A stretch of DNA of 64,000 nt from positions 1 through 64,000 of the forward strand of contig JBCBUK010000012.1 of NCBI GenBank assembly GCA_039818205.1, given 5' to 3'. The translations under genes and the position numbers were made by a program. This document shows, piece by piece, positions 1 to 7,061 of the stretch. The notes beneath the pieces are model-generated. The model was not told the DNA's origin and did no database searches. It saw only the letters and a program-made list of their open reading frames with translations. The DNA is from Verrucomicrobiota bacterium. Its GTDB lineage: Bacteria; Verrucomicrobiota; Verrucomicrobiia; Opitutales; Cerasicoccaceae. Position 1 is the first letter of the stretch. Every line of letters starts with the position of its first letter.

Positions 1-462
1 CGAATGAGCACTCTCCAATCGATCCAATAACGTCAGGAAATGCTGAAAAGCGTCCTCATTGCCCCCAACGAAGACTAAACGTCCTGTGAATTGAGTTGCT
101 CCTTCCACCGCTCTTTTGCTCATAGCATCAGTCTTCCGGATATCATGGGTGGATGCTCTGTAATTTCGGGAGCCGATCTTCTTTAGACCATTACTTGCAG
201 AAAATATCGCCAGCGGATCATAGCTTTTGGCGAGGGCATATGGATTGAGCCTCATGCAAAGTATGTTTTCACCCGCGATTTTTCTGTTCGCTTGAAGATT
301 GGCCAGCGCGTCTAGTGATTCAAGTAATTGCTTTTTGACGCGAACGCGCGCCTCTTCAAAAGAAGCGACAAATGGCTCCTTGAAAGGCGACTTTGGCGGT
401 TCAAATTGACGCCTTAGCTCTTCGCCCTTGGCCAAAATCGGCCTCCTATCTTGCTTTGCCAT
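1..462 (-). CDS. N-terminal part of a probable S8 (subtilisin-like) peptidase, IetS/IteS-like; runs off the left edge
   Basis: Not in the ORF track. Hand translation from ATG at 462 is open to base 1 (MAKQDRRPILAKGEEL...MRLNPYALAKSYDPLAIF...GRLVFV). It starts 6 bp after the AAA ATPase stop, and the LAKSYxP segment resembles IetS-family N-termini. The catalytic domain is not visible. Confidence 0.7.
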   Translation of the reverse strand, partial: MAKQDRRPILAKGEELRRQFEPPKSPFKEPFVASFEEARVRVKKQLLESLDALANLQANRKIAGENILCMRLNPYALAKSYDPLAIFSASNGLKKIGSRNYRASTHDIRKTDAMSKRAVEGATQFTGRLVFVGGNEDAFQHFLTLLDRLESAHS

Positions 463-468
463 GAGATA

Positions 469-1587
469 TTATTTCTTGAGATGATGCTGTATCGTGGTTG
501 AGCTTTTACCAAAAAGCAACGCTAACTGCCTAACTGTCATATTGGTTGAGGCTCTTACGCTTTTGATTAAGGCACTTGAATTTCTTTTGTGCGATAGATC
601 ATTGAAATGAACCATCAGCTCACTACACAGGCATTCAACTAATGGAGTTTCGGCTATCAAATGCCTTCGAATCGCGGCATTTACATATAATTCGATATCG
701 GCGAAACTACGCTCCTCCAGAAGAACAGACAGTCCCTCAAGAATACCTTTGGGAACTTTTTCGCCAGTTGGAAGAATTAATCGCTGAAGTAACTGAACCC
801 TCTCCTTTGACTCCGGCAAAGGCAGCTCGATTTTTAGGTCAAACCTCCTATCAATGGCAGGGTCGACCAACTCATAATGATTAGTCGCAGCAATCAGCAA
901 TGAATGGTTCGGCCAATCCTCAAGCTCCTTCAGTAAGACATTTACGATTCGCTTTAGTTCGCCAACCTCACTGGTATCATCTCGACGCTTCGCAATTGCG
1001 TCAAATTCATCCAGAAGCAACACGCATGGATTATTCCTAGCGTAGTTTAAACTTCGGCGGAGGTTGTCACCGGTTCGTCCTAGCAAGCTGGAAATGCTTG
1101 TCGCCAAATCAAGAGTCGCCAATGGCAGATGAAGGGTTTCAGCGATCCATCTGGCAAGGAGCGTCTTACCAGTGCCAGGCTTGCCTTTAAGTAGAAGCGT
1201 TTGGGTCGGCCTAATCCCTCTGGCCAGCAGACGCTTGGAGTTTTGCCTTTCGGTAAGAACTTGCGTGACCATGTCCTCTATGGCTGGGCATAGGATTGGC
1301 TCACTGATTTCGAAACTGTTCTCTATTTTCAATAAAGACAGGCCTCCTTCGGCATCAGCAGGAGGGGATTCGAGGGCGCTGCGGCGCAGCCCGTTAGTCC
1401 CGCTCATTCGACCTGAAATCAGCCCACTAAGGCGCTCAGCTAACTCGGGGTTTTCATCCTTGCAGGAACGTATCAAACTCAGGCATACAAGCTCGACTTT
1501 CCTGTTATCACCATTCAAGGAAGCTTCGACCAACTTGGGGAGAAAATCGCTCAGGGTTTTTGTTCTATTATTTTTTACTTTTTCCAT
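469..1587 (-). CDS. AAA+ ATPase with C-terminal HTH, IetA/IteA-like
   Basis: Walker A GKPGTGKT, Walker B LLLDEFD, AATN, Arg finger DPAIDRRFD, GELKRIVNVLL; C-terminal MTVRQLALLFGKSSTTIQHHL HTH-like segment. Confidence 0.85.
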   Translation of the reverse strand: MEKVKNNRTKTLSDFLPKLVEASLNGDNRKVELVCLSLIRSCKDENPELAERLSGLISGRMSGTNGLRRSALESPPADAEGGLSLLKIENSFEISEPILCPAIEDMVTQVLTERQNSKRLLARGIRPTQTLLLKGKPGTGKTLLARWIAETLHLPLATLDLATSISSLLGRTGDNLRRSLNYARNNPCVLLLDEFDAIAKRRDDTSEVGELKRIVNVLLKELEDWPNHSLLIAATNHYELVDPAIDRRFDLKIELPLPESKERVQLLQRLILPTGEKVPKGILEGLSVLLEERSFADIELYVNAAIRRHLIAETPLVECLCSELMVHFNDLSHKRNSSALIKSVRASTNMTVRQLALLFGKSSTTIQHHLKK

Positions 1588-1670
1588 TTATAGAACAAAA
1601 AATCGCTAAAACATTGATATATGTCAATTTTTTTGTTCTATATATTTCAATATTCGTAAAATATAGAACA
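1561..1670. promoter_or_regulatory. Two identical-geometry operator-like inverted repeats TGTTCTA-N23-TAGAACA, with a minus-strand TTGACA between them
   Basis: TGTTCTA at 1561 and 1634; TAGAACA at 1591 and 1664; tgtcaa at 1622-1627; very AT-rich. Confidence 0.6.
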
Positions 1671-1674
1671 GAAT

Positions 1675-1935
1675 CTATTTCGCCGGATGCGTCATCTCAT
1701 GGACCTTTTGGAGCTGGCGGATGCTGACATTCGTGTAAATCTGTGTGGTCGACAGGTTCGCATGTCCCAATAGCTTCTGGATATGCCTGATATCCGCCCC
1801 ATTTTCGAGCATGAGGGTTGCGCAGGTATGGCGCAGAAGGTGGCATCCGCCCGATTTCGCGACCCCGGAATCCTTGACATACTGGATCACCAGGCGGCTT
1901 AGGTAGTCCGGGGCCATAGCGTCACCGTACCCTGC
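1675..1935 (-). pseudogene. C-terminal fragment of a tyrosine recombinase/integrase
   Basis: GGCHLLRHTCATLMLENGADIRHIQKLLGHANLSTTQIYT (HxxR, LGH, catalytic Y). Only ~85 codons; the N-terminal domains are absent. Confidence 0.85.
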
Positions 1936-2495
1936 GGATCCGTGGATGAGATCATCGACCCTAATCGATCGTAGGATGTATACTGACGAATATCATTGTG
2001 GGTCTTCACTCCGTCACCATCAAGGTCTACAATAGTGCTTGTTCGTCGATTACGACTATCATATCCATGCCACGTTGTGTTTCCATTTGCATCGATTATA
2101 CTGACCAAATTACCCCGTCCATCGTAATATCGAGTCTCCTCCGCAAGGACCAAATCGGCAGCCCCGTCGGGCCGGGAAGTAGCTGGATACTTTGTTTTTC
2201 TAAGCCGGTTCCGAAAATCGTATTCGTAAGAAGTTTCAAAGCCTCGAGCATCGGTTACTTTACTAAGATTGCTATTCGCATCATATTCCATTGTAGTCAC
2301 TTCACTCTTAGTAGCATCTTCAAAAACCCGCGTCTCGGAAGCTGTTCGGCCTTCCGAATCTCGAGTATACTCAGTGACTAACGGTTTCACCCAAGTTGGG
2401 TCATCGTAACCTTCATCAAGATTCATTACCGTCTTCTTACTCAGAAACCCCGGGTAGGATTGATCGCCATACTCATAATCAACGATCTGCAGCGG
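1899..2495 (-). pseudogene. Internal fragment of an Rhs/YD-repeat protein
   Basis: Repeated YD motifs (YDANSNL, YDFRNRL, YDGRGNL, YDSRNRR, YDRLGS). The frame stays open upstream of the track ATG (LQIVDYEYGDQSYPGFLSKKTV) to ~2495. No Rhs core end or toxin tip. Confidence 0.8.
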
Positions 2496-2583
2496 AGGAT
2501 TTGGCTAAAGCGGTCCGGCTTGGAATCGGATGTCTGCATCCCGCTGATGTAGACCGAGAGTTCGAATCTCTCCGCCTAGACCA
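2492..2583 (+). ncRNA. tRNA-like element, Pro(UGG) anticodon with long variable arm; 5' acceptor strand missing or irregular
   Basis: TCCGG-CTTGGAA-TCGGA anticodon arm (2514-2530); GTCTGCATC/GATGTAGAC variable stem; GAGAG-TTCGAAT-CTCTC T-arm; ends CGCCTAG-A-CCA. Confidence 0.7.
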
Positions 2584-2602
2584 TTTCTCACAATCTATTC
2601 CG

Positions 2603-2675
2603 CGGGGTGTCGTTCAATCAGCAGAGTAACTGTGAAAAATACAGATCGTTGAACGTTCGAGCTCTTCCTCCCCCT
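2603..2675 (+). ncRNA. Degenerate tRNA-like element (pseudo-tRNA), anticodon undetermined
   Basis: Cloverleaf spacing with GGGGTG/CTCCCC acceptor, GTTC..GAGT D-stem, CTGT/ACAG anticodon stem, GTTCGA T-loop; several mismatches, no CCA. Confidence 0.5.
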
Positions 2676-2687
2676 ATCAAATCTCTT

Positions 2688-2759
2688 AGGGACGTAGTTC
2701 AACGAACAGAACACCTCGCTTCTAACGAGAAGATGAAGGTTTGATTCCTTCCGTCCCTA
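2688..2759 (+). tRNA. tRNA-Arg(UCU)-like, non-canonical
   Basis: Perfect AGGGACG/CGTCCCT acceptor; GTTC/GAAC D-stem; CTCG-CTTCTAA-CGAG anticodon arm; GAAGG-TTTGATT-CCTTC T-arm. Lacks the D-loop GG, T-loop C and encoded CCA. Confidence 0.7.
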
Positions 2760-2791
2760 CCCATCCTAAAAACAAACCAACCTAACCTGCC

Positions 2792-3448
2792 ATGAATCAA
2801 GTGACCTCCAAACAAAACACGGTCCGTGATACCATTCAGGTAACGGCAAAGTGCCAAACCACCCTCCTACTAGACAATCTTTGGATGCCCATCCGAGTAA
2901 TTCAAGCAGGGCGGGTGTTTTACTATCTTTTCCGGGACCGAGTGACTTCCCTGGACTTGGATCTAAATCCATACAATCGAGACCAGTGGCTCCATGCCCA
3001 GGCCGATCTAGTCGCATCGGCAAGCTATCCAATGATCTCAAGCGCCCGAGACAAATGGGCCGTTCCAACGATTGCGATCGTCAACCATCCATTCAAGAGG
3101 GATCGAAGAGTATCAAAGAAAGTGTGCCTCGACGAACTCTTGGAACTCTACGACTATACCTGCCAAATCTGCTTGCAGCAGTTCAACCGAAGCGCATTTG
3201 ATCCGAGAGAGATCTTCAATCGAGACCACGTGCTCCCTCGGTCGAAGGGCGGCCCGGACGATGACTTCAATATCGTCCTAGCCTGTAAGCAATGCAACTC
3301 GCAGAAGGGATCTGAGTATCCCTACTACAATGCCAACGGAGAGGAAATTCGAGCCAAGCTTCGAACCACCTTCTCTGATCTGGCAATCGGATCGGCCGGT
3401 ATCCGCAAGGAATGGCGACCATTCCTTTTCAAAGAAGCAGTAGCCTAG
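2792..3448 (+). CDS. HNH endonuclease (McrA-like, Zn-binding)
   Basis: CQIC...RDHVLPRSKGG...NIVLACKQCNSQKG; N-terminal LLLDNLWMPIRVI segment. Confidence 0.9.
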   Translation: MNQVTSKQNTVRDTIQVTAKCQTTLLLDNLWMPIRVIQAGRVFYYLFRDRVTSLDLDLNPYNRDQWLHAQADLVASASYPMISSARDKWAVPTIAIVNHPFKRDRRVSKKVCLDELLELYDYTCQICLQQFNRSAFDPREIFNRDHVLPRSKGGPDDDFNIVLACKQCNSQKGSEYPYYNANGEEIRAKLRTTFSDLAIGSAGIRKEWRPFLFKEAVA

Positions 3449-3451
3449 ACT

Positions 3452-3518
3452 TGTCCATTGGGGAATTGTGTTCCGGGCACGGCGCAAGCCGTTCACGGAG
3501 CATGATCCCCACCGGACA
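3452..3518 (+). ncRNA. Long imperfect hairpin capped by a GCAA tetraloop
   Basis: Nested helices TGTCC/GGACA, TGGGGA/TCCCCA, TGTGTTCCG/CGGAGCATG, ACGGC-GCAA-GCCGT. Confidence 0.5.
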
Positions 3519-3652
3519 CTTTCTAGAACCGCTAGAGCTAGATCAGATTCAGCGTGTTGATATTTCCGCAACGATAACCTTGAAACAAGCTAAACCAGAA
3601 ACACCGGAATTAGTTAAGCAGCCACTAGGCTACCAAAACGGCTTACCAATCG

Positions 3653-5371
3653 CTAGCCACCCAACGGCGGCATCCCGAGAGCATTACGAACTTTGTTGAT
3701 CATATTTCGCCGCAGTCGGTCGTCTTCGAGCTCCATTGATTCGACAATGCCCAGAGTCATCTCCGCATTGCTGGTTATCATTTGATTGACCAAGCCGTCG
3801 ATAGATTCATTTCTCATGCTGCCTTCAGGAATCGACAGCGCCAAGTTCAAGGCATGAGCGGGATCATCCGAAACATACTCCGACGCAGCAACCTGCAACG
3901 CGATTGAATACGAGTCGTCGGACTCCAAGTTTTCAATCCATTCGAGGGCAGACTCCGAATCTTGCTTGATCCAGTTCGACGTAATCTCGCCCACAAGCAC
4001 TCTTCGGACTCGTGGATCGTCGATCGAGTCATAAAACTGCGATGCTCTTACAGGATCCTGTGCTGGCATATTCACGGCAGCGCCATACATCATTGCGTAC
4101 TTGAACGGTTGCTCATCGGCCAATTCATTCGCATAGTCCAAGGCGGCAAATGCATCCTCACGGGACCAAGCCTCTACGACTGACCAAACAGCCTCCTGTC
4201 TGGACGATTCACTTTCCAACGTGTAAGCCCACTCCATCGCAGCATAAGGGTCCTTTCTGGCCAATGAATCACCGATCAACCCCGATACCTGCGCATGCAG
4301 TTCAGCATCCGAGATGGTCGCTAGACGGTTCTTCGCCTCTTCAGGCTTGTTGTAAGCCAACCGATGCTCCAAAGCCTGCAGATGATTTCTCGTATCCAAA
4401 CTTTGCGGCTGTTCGCCAAGCCATTGCTTTGCCCGATCAATATCGTCGACATCCCAATTCAGAACTAGGCTTTGTAATGCTTCGACTCGAGTTGCTCCGG
4501 CTGGCATCGTTTCAACTACTTGAATCGCCGCCTCTGGGTTCACCTCTGCAAGCATATCAACCATCGCAACCGTTAGCCGAGTCCGGTCCGCACCAATCAA
4601 GTTTTCACTAATCCAGTTGGAAGCTAGCTCGCCATCCCGACGGGATAACTCTTTTACCAATACATACTTCAAGAGATCTGATTCCGCCGGCGTTCCTTCT
4701 GATTCCATGTATAGCATGAAGCTATCAATGTCGCGACGGGCCCAATCATGCATTACATCTTTCAGGATGTTGCTGTTTTCGAGCGTATTTGGAAGGCTGT
4801 ACCAATGCGCGATCGCCTCTTCCGGCTGGTTCGATGCCCAGGCGCGAATCATGCCCTCCTTAATTGCGAAATAATCACTTGGGGCGAGTGCATTCTCCGC
4901 AGACGCAAGTGCGCTTCGAGGATCAATGCTCGCCCAATGGGCGAAGAAGTGATTCAGCGTTTCATGTCGATGGTCATGATTCTCCAACGAGGTTAGCACA
5001 GCCATCGCGCCTTGAGGATCAACTTCAGCCCAACGCTCGAGCAAGGCGTTCACGCGGTCCAGATCGATTCGCTCCTGCTGCAGCTGCTGCAAAAGGTAGG
5101 CGTTGAACTGCCCCGGCTCGAGGTTTGCCACCTCAAGCAGTGCATGTACGCGTTTCTGGTAAGGGGATAGCTCCCCATTACCAAATTCGCCCATGCCAGT
5201 ATCGATGACACTCACGTCGTAATCCGTCGCTCGATCAACATCCAGTTGGCCCGCTCCAGAGAACGCTCTGCCGGATGATTCGTTGGCCTGATCGCGAGGC
5301 AACAGTAGACCTATCGCGAATCCAATCGACAAGAACCCAGCGCAGGATCCGATGACTTTTTTACTCACCAT
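3653..5371 (-). CDS. Membrane-anchored/secreted alpha-helical repeat protein
   Basis: N-terminal hydrophobic segment; many W-x3-DP-x2-A-x2-W-like repeats (WAEVDPQGA, WASIDPRSA, WASNQPEEA, ARKDPYAAMEW). Confidence 0.75.
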   Translation of the reverse strand: MVSKKVIGSCAGFLSIGFAIGLLLPRDQANESSGRAFSGAGQLDVDRATDYDVSVIDTGMGEFGNGELSPYQKRVHALLEVANLEPGQFNAYLLQQLQQERIDLDRVNALLERWAEVDPQGAMAVLTSLENHDHRHETLNHFFAHWASIDPRSALASAENALAPSDYFAIKEGMIRAWASNQPEEAIAHWYSLPNTLENSNILKDVMHDWARRDIDSFMLYMESEGTPAESDLLKYVLVKELSRRDGELASNWISENLIGADRTRLTVAMVDMLAEVNPEAAIQVVETMPAGATRVEALQSLVLNWDVDDIDRAKQWLGEQPQSLDTRNHLQALEHRLAYNKPEEAKNRLATISDAELHAQVSGLIGDSLARKDPYAAMEWAYTLESESSRQEAVWSVVEAWSREDAFAALDYANELADEQPFKYAMMYGAAVNMPAQDPVRASQFYDSIDDPRVRRVLVGEITSNWIKQDSESALEWIENLESDDSYSIALQVAASEYVSDDPAHALNLALSIPEGSMRNESIDGLVNQMITSNAEMTLGIVESMELEDDRLRRNMINKVRNALGMPPLGG

Positions 5372-5426
5372 GGTGATTACCTCCGAGCAATTTCAATTAC
5401 ATTGAAAACGTTCACTCTAGAACTTC

Positions 5427-6665
5427 CTAGTAAGTAACGTTCGTTGTGGGGTAGAACGTACCACCGTGAGGTGCTAGATCATGGCGAAAGCACTTGTGGT
5501 AGGTGCCCCACGGCCGATACACAGTACCCCACCACATATTGGAGACATTCCAACTGGTTGTTTGAGGATTGTTCGGGTCTGCCGGAACAAAGCAGGTGTC
5601 CCGCACTCCATTGCGCTGGAATGTGTTTTTGTAAACGATGTTGTGATCACCGACCGGGTCATGAACGACACTCCAAACAGTCAAAAACGCGTGCCACTGG
5701 GGATTTGCGTTGATCATTCCTGCATCGAGGTTTGCGGTATTGCTCTCAACAAGATTGTAACCGCCGTCGTCCGTGTGGAAGCTGATGTCCTGGCTAAAGT
5801 TGTTCCGTATAACGACATTATACTTGGATGCTTGGGTCTGGATCGATACATGACGGATTTTTCCCGCCGTGTTGTTGTAAACCAGATTCGACTCGCCGAA
5901 GATCCGAATATAAGCACTTCCTCCAGCGCCCTTGTTGTAGGCTCCTTCGACATCGGTGTCACGCAAGGTGCAATGACGTGAGCTCATGGTAATTGGCGTA
6001 TGCCCAGCATTCGTTACTTTGCTGCCTTGAATCCAGCAATTCTGATTACTCGGCCCAGCAAAGTTGATCATGTTGACAATAGTATCGTCGCGCCCACCAG
6101 TAATGTCCTCCTGGTTTTCCATCAGGTAGTCCTGTGGCATCAGGCCGGTATTTGTGTAGTACTCGATCTCCATATTCACAATACCGACATCACGTTCATT
6201 ATAGGCATTAAATACCGTCGTTCCAGTAGTACTTGTGCGCCGGCAACGGATTTTAGTGCTATTTTTTCCAGATCCTAATAGAACCACACCATTCTTAAAA
6301 TCAACAAAGCGCCACTTGAAATTAAAAGTAGAATTGGAGATTTTTACCGATCGAAGATTCCCCTGAAAATGGGCATCATTTATCTTAGTCTGAAGGATAT
6401 CGATATCAGACTGAGTCAGAACTTCCTCGCCACTTGCGGTAATCTGGGAATACCAGGGAATCCCACCGACACGGCCCGCATTCTTCCATTCATGCATCTG
6501 ATCATAATTGCGGGAGCTATCATTGGCATTTTGATTAATTATAGCGGTATCAAAGGTGACACCAGGGTCACCAACTCGGCGTGCTTGGGTAGTTAGAAGG
6601 GATGACCCAACGGCCAATACGACAAGCAAGCCGATTCTCGGCTGGGGTATTTTTAGTTTCTTCAT
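5427..6665 (-). CDS. Secreted right-handed beta-helix (pectin lyase-like fold) protein
   Basis: Signal peptide; Asn-ladder-type repeats (NCWIQGS, SNLVYNN, YNVVIRNN, YNLVESN, HNIVYKN). Confidence 0.65.
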   Translation of the reverse strand: MKKLKIPQPRIGLLVVLAVGSSLLTTQARRVGDPGVTFDTAIINQNANDSSRNYDQMHEWKNAGRVGGIPWYSQITASGEEVLTQSDIDILQTKINDAHFQGNLRSVKISNSTFNFKWRFVDFKNGVVLLGSGKNSTKIRCRRTSTTGTTVFNAYNERDVGIVNMEIEYYTNTGLMPQDYLMENQEDITGGRDDTIVNMINFAGPSNQNCWIQGSKVTNAGHTPITMSSRHCTLRDTDVEGAYNKGAGGSAYIRIFGESNLVYNNTAGKIRHVSIQTQASKYNVVIRNNFSQDISFHTDDGGYNLVESNTANLDAGMINANPQWHAFLTVWSVVHDPVGDHNIVYKNTFQRNGVRDTCFVPADPNNPQTTSWNVSNMWWGTVYRPWGTYHKCFRHDLAPHGGTFYPTTNVTY

Positions 6666-7061
6666 AGTTTAAGGGAATAAGCAATCAACGACCTGCAACA
6701 ACAAAGCCAGAACTGAACGTAAGGCTCACATTTGCATTCGCGATTGGGGTAAATGTAATATCAGGGAAGACGCCTACATTTTCCATATTCGCCCCACTAA
6801 TTTCAATAAAATCATTACGCAAAGCAGGTTTATTATCACGCAATCCTTATAGCATTAAAAACGAAAACCCAACCTAATCACAATTAATAAAATTAAGCAT
6901 AGTTAACAATTACTACCATCAATAATCGTCTTCTCTCAAGCATAGCCAACGACATCGCTTTACCCTCTCCAAACATTTGCGCGAGCATTGCGTCCATTTT
7001 GCGCAAATCAGTGCTACCGCAGATCCGATTTGTCGTTAGACTATCTAATGGTCTCACGAAC

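Noticed and set aside
2396..2629. 77-aa + strand ORF from the track
   Set aside because: Overlaps the Rhs fragment antisense and the tRNA-like elements; no recognisable motifs.
2574..3450. GCCTAGAC direct repeat at 2574-2581 and 3443-3450 bracketing the tRNA-like/HNH block
   Set aside because: Only 8 bp, so chance cannot be excluded without an empty-site comparison.
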